From: Lepidodermella squamata
Lineage: Eukaryota > Animalia > Gastrotricha
Direction of reading: 5' to 3'
NCBI GenBank assembly: GCA_047495785.1
Contig: JBLDXI010000011.1
Coordinates: 1,884,905-1,948,904, forward strand
DNA length: 64,000 bases
Shown here: positions 51,245 to 63,169 of the stretch, piece by piece
Layout of the letters: the number at the start of each line of letters is the position of its first letter
Numbering within the stretch: position 1 is the stretch's first letter
Made by a program: the position numbers and the translations under genes
Notes under the pieces: model-generated
The model's database searches: none
Told to the model about the DNA's origin: nothing
The model's input: the letters and a program-made list of their open reading frames with translations, nothing else

Positions 51245-53655
51245 ATGATGAAGCCGACTGACCTTTTGTTACTATCAATCGCGTGTTTAGCATCAGGTAT
51301 GCTTATGCAGGAATAGAAATGCAAACTGTACTCTGCGCTGTTATAAGGTACTGCAGCAGCCACTGCCTGGCCAAGACTCGACGCTTTAGTATTCCATGCC
51401 CAGATGGACAGAAATAACGATTTGAACGATAGAATTTGCAACCTTGCTCCATTAAACAGGAGCTCTTATGCCGCATTTGTCCCAAGAAACAACCCCTTCG
51501 GCGATCTAACTGGTTCGTACTCGTTGAGTACAGACATTGGAAGAAATTGGGACTACTTAACGATCTATCGCCCTGTTCCGATAAAGCCTAGCTTCACACT
51601 ATCGTTTTACCTGAAGTCATTGCCGGACACTGCTGCTGGTTTGCTCGAACTTGAAACTGACAAGTCATTTCTAACAGCTGTCTGCCTGTCAAATGACCTT
51701 ATCGTCAAAGTTTTCGACAAGGACGATATAAATAGGACAATTAGGCTCAACGTCTCAAGCGCTTGCGGGATCGATAGGTGGCGATATTTCGCGATATCCC
51801 ACGACAGTTCAGCGAGCCAACTGACGGCTTATGTCATCGATCCCAAGACTAATTTAACAAAGTCGGCTTCTGGCAATATGTCCAAACCCCTGCTGATCGG
51901 CGGAGACTGGAGTCAGTTAACGCTCGGTGATGCTTTGGATAGGGATGCTTACCGAGAATGGGGATTCCGAACTGGCCAAAACTTGTTCTGCTTCTCGATG
52001 TTCAACGCCGCTCTAAATTCGAGTGAAATCCGCCTATTACCAGAATCGTGCCGCGAAGCTCCTCAGAAATCTCCGACAGTTGACTGCAAGCGTGATGGAA
52101 ACCGTAAGTTCGATGGCTTCCTTCTTAGATTCTGTGATGAAATAATTCGAATTGAATAAGAAATGTCACCTTTTAGTTTCATTTTTAGTGAGCTGCAAAA
52201 ACCAATTTATCCATTGGAAATCTGATAGTTTTCGAAAATTGTCGCAGCCATCTTCAAATTTCAAAATTCTCAACTTATGAAATTCATGTCATAATATTAC
52301 TGTAGATTTGTGAATCATGTGCCGCGTGGATTTAAAGTAATTTTTCAATAATTAGTTCGCTTGAATCGCTCTTTTCCATCACATCAAAAGACCCGAGATA
52401 ACATGCTAAATTTCTAACCTGTAGAAATCGTACTCTCGATTCGGCTTCTTGCACCATAGAGACATAGAGAGGAATTGACATGTTACGGCTGTAGGTCAAG
52501 AAGATTCCTTTGATTCTAAATTCCGTAATTCGGTTAAAAAGCGATTTATTCATGGCTTAATGTTTCTAAGTTACAGTTTTGGCTATCCTTTTACAAAAAA
52601 CTTATTGATCTTTATTCAGTGCAACTCGGCGTTCCATGGCCGCAACCTAAATCTCTTGTATTCGCCCCTTATCTGGACAGAAACTCGCAACTGAACGACA
52701 CAATCTGCGGAATCAAGCCCGATAGCAGATCGAGTAGTGTTTCGTTGGAGGCTAGTTCGCCATACGGAGAAGATTCCGGCTACTTCAGCTTCGCAGTTGG
52801 TTACTGCTGTATCAATATGAAAATGAGTGATAATAAAACCCTGGCTGCCTACAAAACGATGGTACCGCTGAAACCAGCCGGATTCTCTGTCTCGTTCTTC
52901 GCAAGTGTGAGCGGCCAAGGTAGTGGAGATCCAGCTTTCGACGATGGCCGGCCTAGTGGACTGTTTGTTTGTTTAAATTTAATAATTTTTTTGAATTTTT
53001 GGAATATTGTTGAATATTTTTAGATTTTCTAAATTTTTTGGAATATTAAACAATTTTTACCTTGTGCATTGGTGAGACCGAGATCGTCGAGATGGAATAG
53101 AATAAAAATGACGTGTTCGAAGCCCGATGATTCTCTCAGCTCCTTGGCGAAATCCGCGAAATGACTTACAATTCAAGCGATCAGAAGTTGACGGTTTACC
53201 AATTCTATAAAACTAGCACATTGCTTATTTTGGATTACTCGAAAATCACGTTTGATATGAATACAATGTACTCGAATTCGACAATTGTCGATCAGAAGCT
53301 GTTCTACGAATCAGACTCGGCCATTCAATGGGTGCCATCGATTGTAGTTGGAGGGGCTCTAGATCGCGAGAACAATACAAAGTACGGATTGATGGAGAAT
53401 GACAATATGGCCTGTGTTACGATCTACGATTCCCCCTTGTCAGCGAAGGAAATGAGGCAAGTAACCGAAGCTTGCCGATCTCCACCTACTGCTGCTGTTG
53501 GACTTGACTGTAATAGAGATGGCCCTAATGGCCAGCCTAAACTCGTTACAGCTTCTGGTAAATCTAGTTACGGATCTATTAGTGGAGCTAATCGAAGTTA
53601 TGATTCTGAATCTTTACTGGCGTTTTTATGCATCTTGTTAGCTACGGTGATGTAG
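51245..53655 (+). pseudogene. LamG-like family copy 4, exon 3 disrupted; exons 51245-51296, ~51348-52103, 52620-52966 // 53164-53655
   Basis: 49 codons present in the paralogues (EMELANSF...WKFYGV) are replaced by about 197 bp of mostly inverted transposase sequence; the rest is open. Confidence 0.8.
52242..53157. repeat. Right arm of the 916 bp inverted duplication
   Basis: Reverse complement of 49866-50781. Confidence 0.95.
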
Positions 53656-54424
53656 CGTTTTCGAGAGTTTATAGCTTTGGCTATTCATCGTGCTTATACC
53701 GGTAATTTGAGTCTTTAATTCTGGCTGGAAGCCTGTTCATTATTGATATGATTCAGTATCTGATTCAGTATGAAAGTGGCCCGTGCAGTGTTGCGTCACA
53801 ATTATTCGGTGCCCTAGACGTTTACTCGAACTGACTTTCTTCGACTTTCTTAAAGCCAGTCTCATTTGAATATCTCATGTGCGTATTTAAAAAGTTTTAC
53901 GTCTCATGGGATACAAACCTATTCACCTCTATGGGCATCAATAAATGGTTTTTGCTGAGTTATCACATTTTCAATATACGTTTGCAGGATAGAGATGGAG
54001 TGGGCAAAGTGAACTATGACGAGTGTTAAGCTTATAATTTGATTTCGGGCGTTGATGGAGATTCGCATCTTTGAAGATCCCGAAATTCGTTCCGATATAT
54101 TTATTGCAAAGCAGTGAGATACATGGCCAACTTGTGCTACCTAAATTTGTCTTGCCATCATGTATAATTGAAATGGGAATCTTCTGAAATGCTGGAAAGT
54201 TTCAAGTTGCGTTGCATGACTTCAGCAGTTTTGGATGCCACGGTTTACAGAAACACTTCCCTGAATGATTGAATCGAGGTTCCATCCATAACAGTTTTCA
54301 AGGAAGTTTATCAAGTGCAACGAATAGAAATTCCAGATCGCAAACGGAAAAACTTCTGGGCGTTTTTCCTACTAAGAAAAGCCTCTTTGCTAATACAGCT
54401 GCAACCTTTCAAGAGAACAATTAT

Positions 54425-54924
54425 CACTTTAACTGCAAAAATAGACTGCGAGGTCCGATATTTGGGTCTTAATCTTGGGCCTGTTAAAAAGTCCTTTTTT
54501 CGGGTCAACCATGCGTCGTAGAGTAGAATGCCTGACAGCAAAATGTAGGCCATGATTCGGCGGTTCTTTTGACACCGAATTCGGAGCCAAAGACTTTCAG
54601 GAACGCACAGAAATCAAACTTGAAAAACACTGAAATTTCGATTGTTGCGCCATAATCTGGGTTTAATAATTAGGTCCAATTCTTTGGTCTGATTTTTGGC
54701 TCGAGTCCAAAATTTCGACGTTATTTCAATGTCATTATCTATGACCTGCTCAGACCTTGTGGCCCCAAATTCGGTGTCAAAAGAACCGCCGAATCATGGC
54801 CTACATTTTGCTGTCAGGCATTCTACTCTACGACGCATGGTTGACCCGAAAAAAGGACTTTTTAACAGGCCCAAGATTAAGACCCAAATATCGGACCTCG
54901 CAGTCTATTTTTGCAGTTAAAGTG
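54425..54924. mobile_element. MITE with CAC...GTG ends and 4 bp TTAT TSD (Chapaev- or piggyBac-like)
   Basis: About 157 bp essentially perfect TIRs; TTAT at 54421-54424 and 54925-54928. Confidence 0.85.
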
Positions 54925-55889
54925 TTATCCTCAAGTATCAAGTATTACAGATGATGCCATTACGGAAGCTATGAAAATGTCATTTTTGGTCAGGAACGTT
55001 GTCGCTATTGCATCATCCGTAAACCTGACATCCGACATCACGGTTGCTGTTAGAGGTTTCAAGATATCCTCGTAAAAGTGTAGTTTTGTACTGGCTTAAA
55101 GCTTGAAACCTGGGTGAAACAAAATCTTTTTAAACTTTCGATTAATTTTGATCCCACTTAGCTCTGCTGGACGTGTTATAGGTGATGGCAAAAAATGTTA
55201 TCGTCAAATTCAAAACAGCAAACCGACAAATAAGAATGCTTCATGCTTGCATTTTCTTCAATATCAAATGTCTTCAAAAGAGCAAACGCGAATAGAAGAT
55301 AGGCCGATTTCGCTATATATTTAAAATCAACAGTTGATGCTCACACCTTAGTTTGCTCATCTTCTTACTACATGTGTAGTAAACTGAGTAGTATATGATC
55401 ACTATAGGCATCGGGCTGTGTTTTATGGCTGCATTTGTGGAGTTAGCGATGCCTTTGTTTCGCCGCTTGGCTTTTGTCATTAGCGGCATATACTCTGACG
55501 TGTGAATATCATTTATTGCACTGGCATCTCTTTGCCGCAGGGCATAGGATTGATAGCCACGAAAGTGGAATGAATGGATTATTTTGAATTTTTACTGCTT
55601 GTTTACCAGCATGACTAGTTATTTGACCTGGCTCCGTCTCCGAATTTGCTCATCTCCGAATCAATCTCCAGTAACAACGAAGAATCTCGAAAGTCAAGGG
55701 AAAAAATGTATCGAAAAATGTGGGAAAAGGCAAAACTTCAAAGTGTGCGTGATAATATCGCAAACATTTCGAAAATTCGCATAACTAGAACATGCATCCA
55801 AGAAATTTTCAATTATTTTCGTCAATATTAATTTCCAGATATCCGGATTTTCTTGCTATTCCAAATGATGCTTTAAATCGAAATAATAA

Positions 55890-56494
55890 TATCTCTCCGT
55901 TGAGCATTTTTGCTCAATTGCACAACTTGTGCTTAATTGAGTGCTCAATCCGTGCTCAATCCGTGCACAATCTGTGCTTAAAGGTTGCTCAACGAGATTC
56001 CAACTGCTCAACGTCCTGCACAACATTATGTCTGACCAGCATAAAGCACCCAAACATTTAAAAAAACTGCGGCAACATTTAATTTTAATTTGTCATAAAA
56101 ACTCTAATTTGAAAATAAAGTTTGATCTTTATTAAAATGCATTTTTATTCCGAATTTTGAGTGAGAAGCCAAGCTAAAAATTTAGACGCTGTGGATAGGG
56201 TAAAAAAATCAAATTTTCGATGAGCTGAAAACAACTTCCAGTTTGTAAATTATCATTGGGTGCTCAATGGGGTGCTCAACAGGTGCTTAACGAGTGCTTT
56301 ACGAGTGCCCAACGAGTGCTTGATGGCTGCTTGAAGAAGCTCAATGTGCTCAATGAGAATGCTCAATTCGCGCTCAACGTGCTCAACGTTGCTGAATGAG
56401 GTGCTTAATCGCGCTCAACGAAATGCTTAAGAATGCTCAACGGAATCAAGCATTCCACCAAACCGGTGCTTAATGCGTGCTCAACAGAGAGATA
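55890..56494. mobile_element. MITE with TGCTyAA subterminal arrays
   Basis: TIR TATCTCTCyGTTGAGCA; many TGCTCAA/TGCTTAA copies near both ends. Confidence 0.7.
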
Positions 56495-57281
56495 AATTGA
56501 AAGTCAGCATTTGAAATTTGAAGTAATCGATTATTGGCTCCATCATCCAAGTTTTATTCCTGCGAATTCATATAACAGCTCGATAACAGATAGCGTAATT
56601 ATCAATTTTGCTATTCGCCGAGATGTGAAATCCCAAAGTCTTGTTGCTAGTTGCTAATCAGAAATTCTGGATTTTATGCTGGATGAATTGCAGGATTGGT
56701 GATAAGAAAACCGAGTTTTCAAAAGTGAGAGGAAAATTCGGTGTCTGACAGACACTTTTCGATGTTTTTTTACAAGAAAAAGATGAACAACGGCAATAAA
56801 CTCAATAGCATGATAATAGCCTCCAGTCCATTGACCATTCTTATTTGCGTTACAACCTCGCCTTTTATTGCTGTTCATTTCGACCATTGCTCCATCAGAT
56901 GAAACACCCCTTTTCAACTTTTTACAGCTGAAGAAATATTATTCAGTAACCCAACTCACAGGCTTCCACAAAATTGATGGCTGAAGATACGTTTACTATC
57001 AGGACGGTATTTTCAGTGGCCCCAGAAGGATTTTCCTCTCAGAGGTTGCAAGATTTTAGCAGAAAAAACTCCCAATCTTTCGTCCATAATTTCAGAATTT
57101 CCAGAATCCAAAAACGATTATTTGCCCTTATCCCAATTTATGGAGATTGTTGAAATTTAATTTGCTGGAATTGGTTTGATTGGTCCATCGACCTCTTTGC
57201 TTTCGGTTACTTGCTTTTTGTATTACTCTATCGTTTTTGACCTAGTCTCTCCAGTATTTTCACCCTTGTAACCTACATCCT

Positions 57282-58184
57282 ATGGACTTATCAACTCTAC
57301 TTATTCTCGTTGCGGCTGTATCGGTTGTGAGAGCTTGCCCGCCAACGTCTACTACTACAACCCCTTGCCCAACAACTCCGACCACGAGTTATCCTGGAAC
57401 TTGCCCAACCGGGCAGAGTTGTTTGACAACTACGAACTATTGTGATCTGTCGACAAGCAACTGCAACCTGAAGACAGCCAATCTATGCCCATCGGGGCAG
57501 TCATGCGCCGCCCCTTCTAGTCCGCCAGCATCGGTAATGTTTAATTTTCATACTTGGCGAATAACCATTCAGTATCATTATCAAGCCCGTCTTCAATCTG
57601 TGCAAAGTTGTCACGCAAGGCGGCCCTGGAGTAAGCGGAAATGACTTACAATTCTGCACAGCTAATGCTGCAGCATGTAATGCAGTATTGACAACTGGAT
57701 CTGCTGTAAGAACAATCTTGGAATAGCTTCAAGCTACGATTTTTTGGTTATGGTCCAATTTCATAGGTTGGCTCTTCCACCTATTCGACCTTTGCTCTAT
57801 GTTGCGGGGCCCTTACACCAAATGCCAATGTGAAATACGAAATCGTCCCAGGCACCCCGCCAATTTTAGCGTGTGCAGCCGGCGCGAGTTCAACTCCCTA
57901 TATATTATCTTCTAGCACAGCCCCCGATACGACGGCTGTATTCTGCTTTCGCTTCCCCAATACAGCGCCGAGCGGCTTCGCCCAGAATAGCGGCGCGGTA
58001 AGATAACGGTAATATTCCTGAAAGCTATTCATGACCTTTCTCTTTCAAGACAGTAAAAGGTGGAGGGCCCAAGGCGGCCGCGACCTTCCAACAATGCTGC
58101 GATCTGATATCAGCGGGTACCTTAACCTTTGGCAATGCGGGTAGCGCCTATGGCGTCACAACCTTTGAAACATGCAAAAACTGA
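57282..58184 (+). CDS. Secreted Cys/Thr-rich family member C; exons approximately 57282-57533, 57586-57705, 57768-57997, 58049-58184
   Basis: Open after three phase-0 introns; YSTFALCC, KYEIVPGTPP, FCFRFP, TFQQCC, AYGVTTFETC. Confidence 0.8.
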
Positions 58185-58660
58185 AAACTGAATAATTTCC
58201 GAAGCTACGCACGAAATCGGCGAAATTTACGGGAATGACTGCTGTTATTCTATTTACCTTTCAAACAATTCTCCTTTTTATAACCTCTTCTGATTTCATT
58301 TACCTGTGCGTATCAATACTCAGCTTGTATTATATTTCTATTGTTGACTTCAAAACTGTAATTTTCTTATTCTTCTTCAATTTGTAAAGATACTGCATTG
58401 CCCGGTAAACTTCAGCTAATAAAAGTTCATCTAATAAAAGCGCAGCTATTTTTACTTTTACGTCGAATTAATTGAGCATAGTGACCCCGGGATTCTTCAA
58501 TAGATTATAGCACTTGGAACTAGAGCCAACTTCAACCTGCCTTGTCAAAAGGTTCATGGTTTTAATAATTTCCAGGTTTCCAAATCATTCGTGACTTGGT
58601 TAATCACTCATTGTTAAATCCAGTATGCGTATAATTCGTATACAAACAAGTCGTACAAGC

Positions 58661-58802
58661 AGAGCGAAGTATCGCTAGGGATGGTAGGGATCATCCCTAT
58701 CAGTTCCACCGATCCGTATGGTGAGCTCGTTCAAAGACCAAAGGGGGGACCCTTATGTCGATTTTGGTGATCCCTACCAGATCCGCGGTCCTACTTCGCT
58801 CT
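58661..58802. mobile_element. Short MITE, same family as 40042-40179
   Basis: TIR AGAGCGAAGTA...TACTTCGCTCT. Confidence 0.7.
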
Positions 58803-59662
58803 ATGCGTACAAGTACTTTTTTAATTTACGAAACGTGGCTGGCCTAAAATATCAACCAGCCAAAGACAATATATTACTCAACTATGCGAGGGAAGCGAGC
58901 TTTAGTGAGCGGTATTTCTCAGCAATTCGAGCTGAAAATAGTTTAAAAATGATTTTCAGTGGCAGGCCATAAATTTCCTAGAAAGGTTTTACTTATTTCC
59001 AGCGACTTTTAAACTTCTGCGCCCCTATTCCAAGCCATCCGCGATTCCACAAATTTTAGCGACCCCACTTCCAATAAATTTCAAGCTGTAACATATTCTC
59101 ATCAAATTATAGGAAGATTCTTTTAGGAATCAGCCACTCTCGAGCGGAGCGAGCTGCCTCATAATTAACGTATTTTACGAATTATTAGTCGGGACCGAAA
59201 TATAGGGCAGACGGCAGACCCTCTAGTTTCATTTGTTGGCGATTCTTCCGGATGGTGTGGCCTGGGCGGAGCCTTCAACGTGGAACCGCTCAACTTCAAC
59301 GTTTTCGTGGTTAACATTATCAAAAAGACTGCTATAAAACTAGCCTTGGCGGAAACTCCCATCAGCAGAAATTCTTCACGCTGGAAAAGTCAATGAGTCG
59401 AAAGTGATAAATGTGGCGGATGCGAACATCAGCTGCAATTTTACTTGAGGAAAAATTGTAGCGAAAATGTAAAAGCGAAAAGTTGAGAAATCACCCGGCT
59501 AGTTATTAAAATTGTTTATTTATTGCAGAAAAGCCGATTTAGGCAAACAGCTTTCACTGTAATTCAGCCGTTCATTTGTAATCGATTTGCCAATACAGTA
59601 ATGTACAGTTATAACGCACGCGATTGTATGAGCAAATCGATTAATTCATGCTGATATTGTGC

Positions 59663-60550
59663 TTATGCATTGGAGCCTTGGCATTTTTCCATTGTTACGC
59701 CGTATACGGTATCCGTGGTGGGCCGAGGTTTTGGGCTGATGGGTGTAGTGCCGAGATAAAAGCAGCAAGCCGCGAAAGTAGTATGGGTATATTGAGATGG
59801 TGGGCTGGTGGTCTGTAATATACATAAATTGTTACAAAACTTCATGCAGATCCAAAACAAAACGCAAATTTACCAATCCACTAGTTATCATCACAGAGCT
59901 TGTAGGGAAAGCTGTATTGGGGAAACGAAAGCAATAGCCCTGAGTTGCACCAGCAATGACACCTGTCACTTTGTAAGGCGATGCATCAGCTGCTCCGATG
60001 CAGGTCGGAATGCCCGTAGTACTGCCCACCGGCGTGATGATTTCGTATGTGATCCAGGCAGCGTTAGCAGGTGTCTGTGTGGCGGCGCAGCACGCAGCGA
60101 ATGTGCTGAAGCTATTCGGCGAGTCAGTAGAAGCCTATAGCCCCGTAAATGCGAAATGAACCATCGCGATTTAACGAGCAAATGAAATCATTACCACAGC
60201 AGCAGGTGTTACGGTGAGATAAGCTGTACATGAAGCTCCGGCGACGGCGTGGCAAAATTTGACACTTTGACCAACCCCAGCACCAGTCCCAAAGGTTGTC
60301 ATTGAGCACAACTGGTAGGTAGGCTGAGAGCGGAAAAGGGAAGATTATTTTGAACGACGAAGAAGGTTTCATCTCAAACCGTGGCCTGGCAACTCTGGCC
60401 ATTGGTAGTGCACGGATTGGCCGTGTTCAGGCAGCTTTGACTCGATGTGCAGGTCGCGCTCGTTGGGCACGGAGTTGTAGTCGTCGAAGCAGGGCAGGCT
60501 GTGACAGCAGCACAGGCGGCAGCGAGAATTGCCAGCGTAAGGTAGGCCAT
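59663..60550 (-). CDS. Secreted Cys/Thr-rich family member D, 236 aa; exons 60550-60380, 60323-60195, 60134-59874, 59812-59663
   Basis: ATG at 60550 (MAYLTLAILAAACAAVTACP, missed by the ORF track). Exon 2 and 3 lengths (129, 261 nt) are identical to member B. Confidence 0.85.
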
Positions 60551-62285
60551 TGTAAAATATTAGAAGACTTATGCTTCAGGTGCCTTTCTATCAGGATTTT
60601 ATAGCTACGCCGCGTTATGTCAGACTTGATCTGCGTAAACCACCATTGGTAGTTGATTGCTAAAATTCGTGAAGTTTTAAATGCTAGAATAGAGTGAGCT
60701 ATAATCATGGCTGTTAGAAGGCTGTCGCTTTTTCCGAAATGTCCCTCGAAAGATGGCAGTCAATGCAAATAGCAAGGAATCGGTTCAAGCTTGCGCGAGC
60801 AATTATTCGAATGAATACGAAAGATGAAGATTCGTTGACTTGAAGGGCAAAAACCGAATTTCGTCGCATGTAAACAACACCAACTAGTTCTGACTGACAT
60901 TGAGCTCAGTTTAATTTTCATTTGATCATATTTATTACCACAGGATAATTAATTGTCACGTAACAATTCCAATGTAGCGCAATTCTTGTTTCAGTTAAGT
61001 ACATCTCAAAATCGAGAATTTCCGCAACGAAATTTATATAGGTATATAAGATTGCGCTGTGTTGTTTCACTGATGGTATTGGGCCCATATTGCGCCAGTT
61101 ACTTTCAAGCATTCAACCCATTAAGGGCGAAAGATTTAACCCATTCCTCAATCTCTTGTGAGCCGAATTAATTTTTCTGATCTTGAATCAAATCAATATC
61201 GAGTTCCTCACCTGAAATGATGATGGTTTTAACAATGTTTTTCCAAAAACCGGTAAACAGTTCCCAATTAGGGAAATATTCTCTGCTATCTGCTTGTCAG
61301 TTTTCTCCTACTTTGAGCGATCGTTTTGCTGCTCCAAAGGTCGACGAGGAACTAAAAATTCTTCATTTCTAATCGCTTCTCCATTTTTTGTTTATATTTA
61401 TTATTTATTTAGTTTCATACCAGCTAACACGCTGCTCTGATATAAATGAAAGGCTATCTGTAATAGTTTGCCGGTTGAGAGATTGCCCTAATTTTGTTTA
61501 CAATTTAAATCTCTATTGTATTATATTATTCTATTGCTAATTACCTAAATTTTTATTATTCAGTTCTCTACATACTAACAACGCTGCCATATAAATGCAT
61601 GGCTAATGATCTGAAATAGTCGACCGGTTGATATTATAGCGTGAAAAGTCAATTTGACGCCGTTACTAATCGTCGCAAGCTAGCCGACCTGCCAGTCGTG
61701 CCGGCCGGTTCGTTATATGCCGCAGTACATTATCTGTACCCACTGCAGTACTTACATGTTTGATTTTTTTGTTAGCGATCAACCTAGTCATTAGCGCCAC
61801 AGCACAGCGCGCGCTCGTCATGCATCGGCGCGACTAAATAAATTTTCGAACTTGAAAAAGCGAGAAGTAGAACAGACAAATGGCGTGACAGCAAAGCGCT
61901 TTCTTTCATTATGAAAATTTATAAAATAATATAATTAAATTCTCGCAAGCCAGTATTAAACCTAGTATCGTGATAGCGAGGGAAACCTGCGCTTTTCGCA
62001 GTTTTAAGAAAATGCTGTGAAGTTGGGTTCACAAACCCCAAACACCTCGCGTAGCTCCATCGTCACTTTTGAGATCGCGAAAACGCAGCGTCAAAGACCT
62101 GATGTGCAACAAAACTACTGCCTTACACTACTGATTGATTGCCGAGCTGGAAAAGTGTAAAACCTTCCAGTCCCAACAATGGATGATTGGTTCATGCCCT
62201 GTTAGCGATATTGGATGCCCTCAGTCTCCCAAGCTATCTAATACATGGGCAAAAAGCCTCTTGCTTCGCTTGCTTCGCTTGCTTC

Positions 62286-62735
62286 GGGGGAGCGAGTAGT
62301 CGAGTGGTCACAGCGTCTCACTGGCTGCGAAGAGGCACGGGTTCAATCCCCAGAACCGCACATCGTCAATCATGCTTCTACGCACAACGTCTGCTTTCTT
62401 CTGCGGTTCTGGGACCGTAAATCAAGCTGCTATGAGGAGTCATGCGGCCAACTGGAACCAATGATTCAATCCTCGAGTGTGAAAGCTGATGGTAATTCCC
62501 GCCAATCAGTTCCTCCGAGACCGCGGCTCCCTTCCTCCCGGTGTAGGACGCCATTCACCGGCAATCAAGAGATGGCTACTCGGTGCGAAAGCCTGGGGAC
62601 CATGAATCGATCAACAATAATCGGCTCATGTATAGATGACTCTTAGGCCTCGTATATGTGATGTGATCCAAGCGCTAAATGTCGAACGGCGAATTGCGAA
62701 ATAAAGTATAAGTATGAGTATGAGTATGAGTATGA
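62286..62735 (+). mobile_element. tRNA-derived SINE
   Basis: Pol III A box TAGTCGAGTGG, B box GGTTCAATCCC, about 350 bp body, AATAAA and an (AGTATG)n tail. Confidence 0.72.
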
Positions 62736-63169
62736 TCTACCTTCCATCTTTTCCAAGCCTTTTGGCTGAGTCTATCTCCTAAGCGGGGATATTTTTCGTG
62801 ATAATTCTACATACGTCATGAAACCAGCCACTTAAGTCGTGGATGGGTAGTCTAGAAAGTATGCTAAGCACCGGCGCAGCGACTCACTGTCGAAATAAGC
62901 ACCCGGGTTGGGTGGATATTTCGATTTTATTCTCAATTTAACAAGTTACACGTTTCGGAACTTCCTCGTTCCACAGATTACAACAGAGACAAATTACGAA
63001 AAAAGCACAAAAAAGTAAATAAAAACAAAATTAAAATAGCTTCAATCTAATAGAGTCCTTCAGCTTTGTCTTCTTGATCAGTAGACTTTCACGCAATACG
63101 CACTCCCACCTGCTGCGGCACTCACGCAAGATGGTGAAACAGCTGTGTAGATTGAATGATTCTGGGAGC

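Noticed and set aside
50782-52241. Programmed invertible switch
   Set aside because: No recombinase nearby, and both orientations lead into the same broken exon, so flipping has no obvious coding output.
50470-52553. Identical 73 aa ORF pair (50470-50691, 52332-52553)
   Set aside because: Intron 2 sequence copied by the inverted duplication; identity reflects recency, not selection.
55890-56494. CRISPR-like array
   Set aside because: Only 7 bp irregularly spaced motifs within TIRs, in eukaryotic DNA with no cas genes.
62286-62360. tRNA gene
   Set aside because: A and B boxes are present, but the acceptor and anticodon stems do not pair and a SINE-like body and tail follow.
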